From positions 1 through 35,383 of the forward strand of contig CAJVPI010000323.1 of assembly GCA_910592345.1 (NCBI GenBank): a stretch of 35,383 nt of DNA, given 5' to 3'. Of the stretch, positions 9,723 through 22,292 are shown one piece after another. Each line of letters opens with the position of its first letter. The first letter of the stretch is position 1. A program made the translations under genes and the position numbers. This DNA is from Paraglomus brasilianum (taxonomy: Eukaryota). Under the pieces are notes generated by a model that saw only the letters and a program-made list of their open reading frames with translations, searched no databases and was not told the origin of the DNA.

Positions 9723-10828
9723 AACATTCGATTCTATTTCATGATGTTTTCCGTGCTTGACTACGTCTGTCTTATCACGGTAGCTGATATATATTGGCTT
9801 TACGATCCTCCCTGCCCGCTATACATCCCCGTAGACCAGCTACTCTCGATTAGACTTGGCGCGACTAGGCCGTTGTCGCCATTAACATTCGATTCTATTT
9901 AATGATGTTTTCCGTACTTGACTACATCTGTCTCATCACGGCAGCTGATATATATTGGCTTTACGATCCTCCCTGCCCGCTATACAACCCCGTAGACCAG
10001 CTACTCTCGATTAGACATGGCGCGACTAGCCATTAACATATCGATATGGAACTCAAAGAGGACTACATAACGGACTCTAACAATGCTCTAGTCAAAACAT
10101 GGTACCTGTATTATAGATGAGCTAGCATTTGGAAAGGGCATAAAATGGGAATACGTACAGGAAATTTTAATATGCAATTCTCCAATTTAGCAGCATTTGC
10201 TCCTTTATTCCCAAATAGTGGGCAGAACAATTATAGCAAATCAACAGTTCACTTTCTTGCTGAACTTGCTAAATCTCCTCAACTCAAGATGCTTTTACAA
10301 CATGTCTGCTCTGTAAATCTCACACAGGAGGGTCATTACTTTGCATTTGATGAGGCATTAGAATATTTTGGTGTACAATTTGTTAAACAAAATATTACAA
10401 ATGTAATTATTAATGAAGAGAATCTTAAGCTGCAGATTAAGGCCATTCAGTCTGAAAGAGCAGCGCTGACCTCCTATTTTCAGAATTTAATGATAAAAAT
10501 GTAAATTCTGGAGGGTATGCATTCAAATACAATCTTGAAGCCATTCAAAAACTTGCCAAAAAAATGTATAATGCATTCATCAATCCAGATGATCAGAAAC
10601 TATTCAGAGGGTCAGGATGTAAGGGACTCACCCCAGGAGGATATAGCCATTTGTTCGAATGTTATCAAAATGGGAAACATCGACTGACAAAGATATATTA
10701 TGAAGAGGTTCTTAAAATAACACGGTAGCTGATATATATCGGCTTTACGATCCTCCCTGCCCGCTATACATCCCCGTAGACCAGCTACTCTCGATTAGAC
10801 ATGGCGCGACTAGGCCGTTGTCGCCATT
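9723..10828 (+). repeat. 161-bp tandem triplication with the third unit interrupted
   Basis: Unit 1 is 9723-9883. Unit 2 is 9884-10034 with a 10-bp deletion. Unit 3 starts at 10035 (aacatatcgat) and resumes at 10721-10828. Confidence 0.9.
10050..10720 (+). mobile_element. Transposase fragment, probably Academ-like
   Basis: GIRTGNF..LAAFAPLFP.SGQNNYSKSTVHFL...HYFAFDEALE resembles the PLF..NYA..H...D.A.E block of Academ/DUF6589-type transposases. Frameshifted at both ends. Confidence 0.5.
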
Positions 10829-11329
10829 CCAGCCAGATATATCGACGTAATTACGTCGCCGGCTTTGGCCGCCCTACCGTATACTCGAGGAGCTGGCCCG
10901 CCAAAGTTGAAGCGCCAGATCAGCTTATCCGTATGGGGAATGGGACTTGCGTGATGTCCTCCAGAACATCTTGCACAAAGCAGTTGGTCATCACTCGACA
11001 GCGCCCTCGCCTGGACTTGGACGAATTCGAGCAAGTAGAATTCAGCGACGATACTTTGAAGATGACGTCTCTCAGCAACATTGAGATCTAGTAAAGCGAT
11101 AAAATTTATACATAGAATTATCCGTATATGAAGAATTTAAAAAAAAAATAAAATAAAAATTAATGGATCTCAAATACATGCTTCACATGACTGGAATAAT
11201 TGATAAAGCTTCTGTGTACAGACATTATATTAATATTACGTTAAAGAACTGCTCGCGTTTGTAAGCATATACTATTTGCGGTAGCCATCAAACCCAATCG
11301 TCTCTACGATATTGTACGTTAAGTTGCCC

Positions 11330-12345
11330 ACTAGAATAGAAAAGTCTCTACTAAATCGTGTAAAAATAGAGGAGACTGATCAAACTTGACATATTGTTCG
11401 TCCTTGATTGTCGATAATATCTGCAAAAAGAATGGGGCATTTTATTATATCTTACTCATAGAAAGTGTATATAACAAACGCCCACAAGGTAAAAGCATGA
11501 TAATAAACTTACCTCTCGAGATCCAGATGGGCTATCAAAAAGAATCGTGACATATCGACTATCATCTAATACTGTAATCCTTGCTTTATCCAACAAATGC
11601 CGAACTGGTGGTATAATCGCAGGAGTCATACACCCATCGTTTCTTCACAGAAAGTGTTTGCTTTTAATCTGCAGAGCATTCTACGTTTTTTCACAAGGCA
11701 TTCATTACGAACTGCACAAGCTATTTTGCCAGGTTACGCCTGAGGCCTCTACGCGAAAGTTGGTATCGTTCGAGTGTTCGATGCTCGTTCCACTTGCGAA
11801 GAAACTTCACGTGAAATGAATACAGAAGAGCTGGGTCGGACATCATTAAAAAGAGCCTCACAAGAAGATAAACGATATGATTGGGATCGATTTCTTCTAA
11901 ATCGCCTCTTCCTGGTATCGCTGGTAAAGCTCAACACGTTGCAGGCTACGTATCCTCGGCCAACAATCTCCGGATCTTCGATGAGGACAACTCTTGTGCA
12001 GCTAAATCATAGTCTTACATAAGAAACACGACACCTCTCAATCGAGTTATCCTCCGGGGTACGTCATCGTCGTCGCCATTTTGACATTACTATGATCCGT
12101 CCTCTTTGGCTGTGTCCTTACCTAATACCATCGACGTAAAGCGTTTCCAGTTTGGTGGTTCCCCCCTCATAAACACAATGATCGGGCATCTTAATCTGTT
12201 ATTAGCACGAGATGATTTGCACAACGCCCTTTGCAACGCCCCTTTTAGTGATGAATTACACGGGGTTGGGGGAGGGCCAAACATCAGTTGTTTACATAGC
12301 TGCATTTCGCCATTATGTATCAAGATTTCCCTTCAAGTATGACGA
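11330..12345 (-). pseudogene. RhoGAP-domain pseudogene
   Basis: DVPRRI, HRRSG, ELYQRYQEE, DLEEIDPNHIVYLLVRLFLMMSDPALLYSFHVKFL and RRNLAK*LVQF parallel RhoGAP blocks. One GTAAGT..TTGCAG intron is retained (about 11421-11512). Many stops. Confidence 0.5.
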
Positions 12346-13941
12346 CGACTATCATAAATGACTTTTTTTTCTTCCCCTCTTCACCCTCAATGCGCCTCAT
12401 TCTCTACAAGTACCAACTCCTCTCACATCTAACCTGCTTTTAGCAGAAGGCACAACGCTCTCCAGAATGTGTACCAGAAACACGAGGAAACGCAATCAAG
12501 CATCGTGATATACCGCATGTTCACCACCTGTGCAATCACAATATATATCAAGTGCGAGGGAAGTAAGTATGCATCATGTTTACAAGATACCCTCCAACCA
12601 TTCTTTTAGTTAAATACCTTCCTTCTCTTCATGCTTTCCCATCGCGCGTACACTGTACATCTTTTTTTTTTTTTTTTTTTTTAAGTTTTCACAATTTTTT
12701 GTGATCATCTCCCTTTTGGTTATGGCGTATATCACCATGCCGCATATCTATATCGGTATATCTCATATGATCATTCCAGATTTAGACTTTGGTGCATACT
12801 GCAATGTATTGTAGACATTCATTCAACACCCACACACCTTATCTTCTCATAGTCTTCCATATTAAGAAGATAGGGGAAAAACTTATTGAGTGTGGGAGAG
12901 AGTGTAGGGAACTACTGTGTGGACGAGTAACAAAAGTATAAAGCCTATAACGATAGACGAAAAGAGAGAAAAAGGACTATAGTCTTTGAATTCGCATCTA
13001 TAGATTGATGGGCGATTGTGGCTTATAAAATCTCCTAGTCAATTTGAGACAAGTATACGCATGCAATTGCGAATATATTGTGTTATTAAATATACTGTGA
13101 CAGTTACGCCGATTATATTACTATAAAAATGGGATATGTATGTAATAACAATGGGCAGCCGACCGTAATAATGAATATCACGTAACAAACAGCACAGACT
13201 CCCCACAGCATTCGTAAAATGCGAGGGTCGAAAAGTCCGTCCAGTTCGGGTTGAGAGTGCGAGCATTAATAGTTTTATAGTCTCCCCACTGTATGTCTCA
13301 TTATATACTGTCGTTCGCTACGCAGTCCTTAATTCATTGGGTACGTCTCCACTCCTATTGTATCAATCCAATGCCACAGTTTTGCAGTACGAGTGTTTAG
13401 TACACAGAATACGAACAACTTTTTTTTTTCATATATTTACAAACTGTACCGTTGGTATAAGTTTGTCTTGACTACCGTTGGTAATTTTTATGTTTTATGG
13501 ATAAATGAATCGTATCGTCCATTGATCTGTTAGTCTGCTTTTTCAATTCATATCCCAAAAAAAAAACCTCGCTTGCAAAAGGAATAACAAGTGAGGGAAA
13601 AAAAATCATGGTAAAATATACTAAATCTCGTTATGAAATACGGAGATAGAAGGGTTAAAATATGATATAATATAATAACAATAACAAAGCGTCGGTATCT
13701 TTTGAAAAGTATAATGTTAGTTCACTAACTAATCTCTTGCCCAGATACTCGAATCGCTTATATGTCAACACATATAGAACTCGATCGCTACAAATACCCT
13801 GAAATTTTCATGTACACGCACACACACTAAACACACAACAAATACACACACGCCAAATACACATCGCTTTTTTTTCCTTTTTTCTTTTTTTGCTACCTGC
13901 CCAAAACAAAAGAAAAAGAACCCAATTTTTTTTTATAGTAT

Positions 13942-16008
13942 CTACTTATAATACAATTTACTTTTCAACTCCAACCATGGTAATGCACTCTCCAATGCGT
14001 CCTCCTGAAAGTTCTCCTCACACACTTCTTGACATCTCCTGTAAAACTCTGTCACATTTACACATCTGCTCGCCAATACTTCTTCATATTTTGCCGGATT
14101 CAGCTTCTTCAAAATATACGAAAATCGCATATCTCTCAACGTCCCAAACGCAACAGGAATCTTGTGCGCTTGTTTCAATTCTCCAACAAAATCCTCAAAC
14201 TTTAATGTTGGATGCGTGCCCGTAGTCCTCGTAGAAGCTATCTGGCGTCGACGCTCATTCTCCCTAGCTACTTCGGCGAGAACAGTATCCACCCGTGTGT
14301 GTACTTCTTCAATTGTGGACATGTTCAACTTGGGTGCTTTTACTCTTTGTCTGTTCTGCCTGGTAGTTGTCGGAAATGACGTTGGCGGCGGTGTTGGCGT
14401 GGGCGTGGGTGCCGGGCTTGGACTGTTGTGACGTCTGAGCTGGTGTCCGTGATTATGAGTGTGATGATTATGGTCATGCGAATGGTCGAGAGATGATAGC
14501 GACAGATTCGACACCGACGAACTATCGTCATCTCTGTCCATAGATGATTCCATTCGTTCCATTCGAGGTTTTTTAGATCTAGGCGGGTGTGTGAGTATTA
14601 TGTCTGAGCGAAGAGACGTCAAATGTGGAGGAGAGTATGATGATGATGATGTGAAGGATTTGGGTGTATGCATTGATGCGTTCTGTCGGTGTTCTTGAAT
14701 ACCATGCCAGATAGATAGACAGTTACCCCGTGAGAGTTCTGTACCGTTTTTGCTATGTAGATCCCTAAGATACTGCTCATTCTCTATTAGAAGCAAAATA
14801 TCAGGGTGATCTATGTCATTATCCAGTAGAATCGGTAATATAGCGTCCAAGCGAGCCGGAGACATCGCCGGAAATGTCATTAAGATTTTTTTAAGAGAAT
14901 CTACTGAAGAGTTCATGTCACAATCCTACAGGGTATGTATGGATAACAATACAAGAGATGGACACATATTAGCAACATGTATAATATATATTAGCATTTT
15001 CGTTAAAAAATCTACATTACTCATAATAAATAATCTAGACATTTATAAAAACGGCATTCTATTCACGTTGTTTCAATTGAGATTACCAGTATCAAAACCT
15101 TCTTTCTTTCCTTCACCGTCATATGCGTTTCACACTTTTCACCCTCGTATTACCCTCATTGTAATTGTCACCAACCAAACTTTTTTTTTTTTCAATTTTA
15201 CACCAATAAATTCCAAAATCTTGCACAAACAAGAAGAAAAGGAAAAGGAAAAGAGGAAACAGGAATAGAAAAAGAAAATAAAGGAAAAAAAAAAAGGGTA
15301 AAGACCACATAAAAATAAACAACTTACCAAACAAACATCACACCGATTATCGTCGATGCTCATCCCTTCCCCGAACTCGTCTTCTGTCTCGTATCTATCC
15401 AAAGAATTGGGCGAATCCGGAGCCCGATGAGAATCCGGAGTTCTATACGAATATTGTTTCCTCTTCTTTCTGTTTTTGCTCGGACCACTACCCCTCCTTT
15501 CCGGTTGTTTCCTCGCCTTTTGTTGTTCTGCATAGACGTTCTCCTTCTGCGTACGCTCCTGTGTACTCTCCTGCGAACTCTGACCCTCCTCCAGGTGTCT
15601 TTCTCCATCCTCGGTCGTATCCATAGCAACCGTATGAGGACTATGTACTGGCGTGTTCACACCCAACGAGCCACTGCATAACCGATCGAATACAATCGTA
15701 ATAGGTGGTGACTGAAGCGCATAACCCGGTTGTGAAGTGTTCATAGTTGGAGATACTGGTTGTGCCGTCGGAGACGAGGGAGAATGTGTTGTAGTGGAAG
15801 TTGAACTTGGCGAAGTGTGCGTAAGAGCTGGTAGACTGTGAACGCCCGGCGAAGGGACGACCGGGTGAAGGAGTGGAGGCAGGTGAGCCGATTGCGAATG
15901 TACCCCTATTGGTGTAGTAGAAGTGGTTGCACACGGGTGAGAGTGGATGGACGAGGACGACTTGCGGTGGTGTGGATTATGCAGTAGACTACCGTCATTG
16001 TCCTCCAT
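13942..16008 (-). CDS. Uncharacterised protein of about 554 aa with a SAM-like domain and C-terminal helical domain (exons 16008-15328, 14925-13942)
   Basis: Two long ORFs are joined in phase 0 by TTG|GTAAGT ... CTGTAG|GAT. S/P/H-rich disordered regions, basic KNRKKRK, and SAM-like LDAILPILLDNDIDHPDILLLIENEQYLRDL..LSRGNCLSIWHGIQ. Confidence 0.75.
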
Positions 16009-18113
16009 TTCCACTATTTTTTCTTCGTTTATTCTTTTACGATAAAAGAAAAAGAAGAGAGACGGCGGGGAGTTGGGGCAGTGTTGAGAAAAAAGGTGAG
16101 GGAATAAATAGGCCCAAGTAGAAGATTTTAGGCCTTACACACGCAAGACAGGGAACGACAGAAGGATGTGTCTTCCTTTTGGTTTGAATGGGTTGGGTAT
16201 TTGCCTTGTGTTTCCGTAAAATCAAATGACGGCGTAAGAATTTTTTTGTAGCTTAAATAAATAAGTGAATCAGGAATTGTAAGCAAATCAAACGGTGCTA
16301 GGACTTTTATGGCAAGTTTCCGAGTCGTATATGGTGCGTCGTTATTGACTTCAAACGAGTTGACGCCCTAATAATACGTAATACATAACATATGGACTAT
16401 GAAACAATGTTAATTCCCACCCATTCGCTACGCCACTGAGAAAGTTGATAGTGGATAATGTGATCTACTTGTTTAGGATGTAGAGTTTAGTCATTATCCA
16501 ATAAGAAGCAGTGTACGACATGGCAAAAATAAGCCACTGGCCAATGACATAAAGAGCTCTATTTGACAGTCGAAAAAAAAAAAAAAGGACGGAACTTGTA
16601 AGTATATATTTTTTATTATATGTTGATCTCATCCAATCATTTTTGCACAAACTAACAAACTAACCACTATCGATTCTTCTCATTACCGGCGACGGTGTTG
16701 TTTTTTCATCTGTTGACCGATCGAACGTACTAAATAGCTTTTTGTGGCTGGGATGTAGCAATCTAGATGCAAGAAGCAGCAGCAGATGTCAAAAGATCAC
16801 GCGTAATTAGTTGCACCGTGGGGAAGGGAAATGCCAGCCGATTAACTATAAGAATCGAGATGTGTTGTACGAGTTTGTTGGCAGGGAGTTGCATAATGCT
16901 GTGTTGGTGAATTGAACAGCGAGATGTGGGCGGAAGTGCGATGATGTGAGTGGGTGCGAATGAGGGTTTTTGAAAGCTTTTTCGCATTGAGGGAAAAAAA
17001 AAAAAGTCTTTGTTTTTGAGAGAGAGAGGAAGAGGGAGGGAGAGGGAGGGAGAATGTGGCAGGATGAAATACGAGAATGAGCAATGTCGATGGGATGATG
17101 AGGAGGGGGGAATTGGATTACGGACGGATTACTGCCAGACTGGGGCGGTTTTATTCCCATTCATTGAACCTGCAACAAGCATTTTTTTCTTTTGTTCTTA
17201 CTCTTTGTTCTATTCAACATGGAGGACTATGCATTGAATCTCGTGATCATATGCGTATCAATCATTAAATATCTTACTTTAGGATGGTACAGGCGCTGCA
17301 TAAACAATAAACACATTTCTCCTGCCGTTTTTTAACTGATCCGTAAGTATTAAGACGTTAGAATTGATAAGAATGGACTTTTGCTTACTATCAAAGAGAT
17401 AACTCTATCTCTTTATCTCGTTACCTTTCCACTTATCTATTTATCTCACACTCTTACCAATGGCTATTATTATTAATCATTTTGATCACGGGAATGGAAT
17501 CTCAATAAAAGGTAAGATTCAATTAACCGGCATTATTATTCAGATGTCATTCAATGACGTTTGTTACAACTGTGCATAATTATGATAATGATGCGCTGCC
17601 AGGAGTCGTGCAATGTATCAAAAAAATAAAAAGGAAAGCCATTATTAAAATAACGATTATAGGCGAATAGAATATATGTCTTTTTCTATTGCTTTTTGAT
17701 TAACTACTCTATGATCATAATAAATGATCTTTTTGTTCTTCTCTATGAGGAAATGCTAATATGTACAAAAACCAACAGACAGGAAGAGACGTAAGGAGGA
17801 GGAGGGAGGGGAGAGGAGGGGAGAGGGGAAAGCGGATAAAGGAAAGGCTACAAGGAAAAAGGATACTAAATATAAAATGTATATAATATATATCAATAAA
17901 GAAATAATAAATTTTAAGATAAACGTATAACCTTTTTTAAAACTACCAAACCCCGTTTTTTGTTTGCTTTTTCCAAATTTGTCTAATTAATTAGGCGAAT
18001 AATTTTAACCAATTTTTTTATACACTTAATTCATATTTACTTTTTAGGCACCTTTATATAAATCTCCGTTAACAAAGACTTCTATAATCAACATTTCCCC
18101 CATGTGTATAATA

Positions 18114-20610
18114 TCATCGCATGTAATACTGGCTCGATATCTGCTGGCCAGTATTTCTATGTAACACATATGATATACTGCCAAACTTGAATGGTAGAGA
18201 CGCTCGACTATTATTATGGTCAAAACATCCACCGCCATTTGCGCTTCCGTTGCAATATTCACTTGGTGATCGCAAGTGTTGATAGTCTTTGGAAAGTTCT
18301 GTAGTTATTGGTGGGAGAATTATGTTCTCGGGTGGAACCACGTTGTGGTTGACATTATGTTGGTTGATGTCATGACTGATATTGCGGTTGATGTTATGAC
18401 TAATGTTATGACTGATATTGTGGTTGATGTTATGACTAATGTTATGACTGATGTTATGGCTGATGTTATGGATGTTATGGCTGATATTGTGGTTGATGCT
18501 ATTGACATTATGGTTGATATTATGATTGATGCTGGGCTTGCTCCCATTGGCATTCCCAACAGACGCCTTGAGAGTAGGCGAAGAAGGAACAGAATGCGAA
18601 AGGGATTCCAGCTTTAGATTTGATTTCATGTCGAGCGGTATCCTCTTATCAAGAGACAGTAGATTGGATGGAGGAGGTAGAATCAACGGACTTGCTGGCT
18701 CAGCGGACAAGTCTGTGTTCGATATGGAAGGCAATGTCATAGCGGGTTGATGTGACTTTGGCGATGATGATGATATTGAACATGCTGGAGGCGTGTGACT
18801 TTGTAATAATGTCTGATGTCTGCCTATTGCGGGTGTTTGGCCTGAAGAAGCAGAAGATGTCGTAGATGAAGCTGTCAACTGTGGAGGAACACTTGTCGGA
18901 ATTGCAGTCGACAGAGCTGAACTTGGTTTGAATGTCTTTAGAGAACCCAATTCGATTTTAATTGCATCGTTTTCGTTCTGTAGTTCCTACAAAAATGTGT
19001 TACGGAAGGGAGGTGGTGGGGGGTATTGATTGTTAGCTACCGTTATTTGTACCGTTGACGGTGAGGCGCAGCATAGTTGAAAAATGGAGTGACAAAGAAG
19101 CACGCTTCGAGCATAATATAATAGGAAATATACATTGATAATGGTATGATATAATCATATTGTATATAAAAGTATTGTTCTGAAAAGCCATACTGATTAT
19201 ATTATTTATGAATGGCATATGCGTATACGCCATTAAGGTTCAAATCTAAATGCTGACAGATGCAAAAAGCATCCGATGAAACAATTAAATCTCCACCCAG
19301 CCTCATAAACACACACACACACATACACACACCTTGATATATTCGACAGCTCTTCGCAGGATGCTCCCCTTATTAGGCTTCGACCCGGAGCGATAGGCCA
19401 GGGGCATGAGTCGGGAAATCTCGTAAATTGTATTGTTGATATTATTTCGTCTCTTTCTCTCTACATTATTATGGTTTTCTCTCCTGCGTTTGAGACGTTC
19501 CATTGCCGTCTATTTGGGAACATGGGATAAGAAAATAGGAAACAGTGAGATGAGAAAAAACGGAGAAGAGCGGCGGAAGAGGTAGGGGAGAAAAAAAAAA
19601 AGAGAAAAAAAAGAGAAAAAAGTTGGGGGGAGTGAATCGGGATAACAGAATAGTCATTGAGCAATAGAATGCACATAATAAGCAACAACAATGACAAAGT
19701 GGCGCATCTCCCCTTTCTTCAGACGTACCTGCATATCCAGACTATTTCTATATTTGATAACAATGTCAATGATAATAAAAAAGGAAGGAAGAATAAGGAA
19801 TATGGGCACAGTCAGTCAATGATGCAAAAAGTAAGATCCTTCAACAATTATTATTTTTGGGGGATGGGGGATGGGGGATGGGGAAAGTAGCGGCCAAGTT
19901 CTAAATATGAAATATAATCCGCCCCCATGCATATTACGATTTCAACAATGTCGTATTTTATATAACCTAACTAACCCACACACCATACACCACACTAATG
20001 TTGCTTTTGTCCATCTCTCTCTCTCAATCCCACTTTCGGCATACCTGTTGAGAATGTTGACTCCATTAACTCTGTAAGTAACCTGCTTCTTATCCTTGGT
20101 CTTTTTTCTGGTAACATGCTGCGTAGCAAGGTCGGAAGTAAAGTTCAAAAATAATGGCTGATTCTTTGGTAATTGCTCGCCGTGTCCAAACCGGTGCTCG
20201 ATGACCATGTCATCGTCGCTCTCAAAATCTCTGTCATCCTCGTCATCGGATTCCTGATAAATATCACGTGATGTACTAGTAGAAGATGAACAAGAATAAT
20301 CATTTCCATCGAGTCCGTCTCGGTCAATGTCTCCTCCGTGTCTCCTTTCGCTTCTGATTTCGATCATACTACTATGGATACCCATTTTTCCAGCGTTGAG
20401 ATACATTTGTAGATGATCCCGTTTGACGTTTGGGAAGAACTTGTCGCTGCCATCGGGCATGTGGACTCTGACATGCGAGTTCTGATTATAAGTGTTTGGT
20501 TGCCATTCAGCTATAGTTCCGCCCTGTGAGATACAATCCGGTAAGCTAGAATGGTGATTACTTGTGTGTATCGTCAAGTTGTCTGATGCTGTTGTTGGTC
20601 GTGTAGGCAT
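18114..20610 (-). CDS. bHLH(-zipper) transcription factor, USF/Cbf1/MiTF-like, 544 aa (exons 20610-20045, 19747-19729, 19509-19333, 18986-18114)
   Basis: RRENHNNVERKRRNNINNTIYEISRLMP...KPNKGSILRRAVEYIKELQNEN. All four exons splice GT-AG into one 1635-nt frame. Confidence 0.92.
18341..18530 (-). repeat. 12-bp coding minisatellite (NISH/NINH repeats) in bHLH exon 4
   Basis: About 15 degenerate copies encoding (N/S)HNI. Confidence 0.9.
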
Positions 20611-21098
20611 TGTTAGATGTAGATATGGGGGTAGGGGGGCCGTTGGAGCCGTTGGAGGGAAGAAGAAAAAAAGAATGATGTGTTCGACAACACGTGATCA
20701 GGGTATAGATGATATGTAAGGTGAGAGGAAAGAGAGTTCGATCAAGATCTCACAATGGTATGTTGGCGCGTATCCAGTGAGTGAGTGCGTTTGGATGAGT
20801 CGACGGGGGGCCGAGTTTGTCGTTATATCCGATTTGTCTGGGGTAAGGGTTAGGGAGATTTAAAAAGGAAGAGAGAGAAAAGGAGGGTATATAAGTGTAA
20901 ATGCGTAGTGATAAAAATAAATCATATGCATCTCTTATATTATTGATTAGGTTGTATGGGATTAAGTATTGATTGATATGATAAGATTGCTCTGATCAAT
21001 GGTCGTCTACTTAATATTAAGTGTTTATTTGTAAATGGTAGGTATAGTTTTTGTCCGCCCTGTCTGGCTACCTGCTGGCCTGCCCAACTGTCTGTTTG

Positions 21099-21157
21099 GA
21101 CTGACTGACTGACTGACTGACTGACCGACCGACCGACCGACTAACTGAACTGACTAA
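21099..21157. repeat. Compound (GACT)n(GACC)n microsatellite
   Basis: Read directly from the sequence. Confidence 0.9.
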
Positions 21158-22214
21158 CAGTTTGTTTATGTATTATATATACCCTACGCCCCCCTCCCCC
21201 TTCTATCCTCTAGCCGTCTTTACTCGTTATCCGTCTTTCACTCTTTTTCCCTATCTTTGTCGCTTCCTCCCCCCCTTTTTTTGTAGCCAGAACTCGGTTT
21301 CTTACGTCAATCGAACAATGCTATGATAGAATTAATAATAGTCACAAGTGTATGCACCTTTGAAATAGACCACACGGATGAAAAGCGAAACAAGTAGAGA
21401 AAAGCAGTTCAATAGGATGGGATGATGGGTGTGTGTATGTACGTATATATCACTAATGGCAACGGGGTAGAAAAGATGTATTACTCTATGGACATATACA
21501 TTGCAACCCTAGTTCGTTTTGTCAGTCTGATAACAAAGTCGACAAGAGTCCAAGTCGAGAACGAAATACAGGTACGTGTGATCATCAAAGATTATATTTA
21601 AACGCAATCACGCGAGGGACAATGAATTTAATTAAGTAGATACGGTTAAAACGTCAAATAAATTAATAAATATACGAGTCAGTATAAAGTAGGAATACTA
21701 ATATACTATAAGCCAATATACTTTTGCCTGGTGATCAGATTACAATGCGTAATATGAAATATTGTCAAACACCGATCCGATAATATGTGAGCATACATGA
21801 AGGACAGTTGTATAATCAACGTATTTGATATTATTTATATGCGTTCTATTATGTAATTCACCATCACAATTGTATAAATTGATATTATTAATGTTATCAA
21901 TGAATCATCAGTTTGTAACATATAAAATTTATTTTAAGTTAAAGTGTACAAGTTCATGCTCTTTTTTCATGAGATTTTTGGGAAAGGCGCTCCGTTGTGC
22001 AGTCGTGTAGCCTTTAAAGAACCTTACAATTCCATTATTCAACTATTTGTTTGTCCCGCAGCATTCAACAGCAAAACAAAGGTCAGGGGGCAATGGAGTT
22101 CCCAATGTCAAAGAGAAGGGCTAAGCGACAAGCATGTGCTAATTGAAGCGTTTGTTTGTGTCCTCCGCCTGATCCGGAATACAATATTATGTTATGCGAT
22201 GTATGGTTAGTACT

Positions 22215-22292
22215 GTAAGTGCAAGTGCAAGTGCAAGTGTAAGTGCAAATGCAAGTGTAAGTGTAAGTGTAAGTGCAAATGTAAGTGTAAGT
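22215..22292. repeat. (GYAAGT)n hexamer microsatellite
   Basis: About 13 copies of GCAAGT/GTAAGT. Confidence 0.9.

Noticed and set aside
9723..10828. CRISPR-like or LTR interpretation of the repeats
   Set aside because: The units are 161 bp and directly adjacent with no spacers, and they lack TG..CA ends.
10801..11091. Short GC-richer ORFs on both strands
   Set aside because: Probably a gene relic, but I could not assign a family or even a strand.
13150..13270. GC-richer patch with a small hairpin (GCATTCGTAAAATGC), possible ncRNA
   Set aside because: No tRNA, snRNA, snoRNA or ribozyme consensus recognised.
20840..20856. GGGGTAAGGGTTAGGG telomere-like motif
   Set aside because: Only one exact TTAGGG, which is compatible with chance or a promoter motif.
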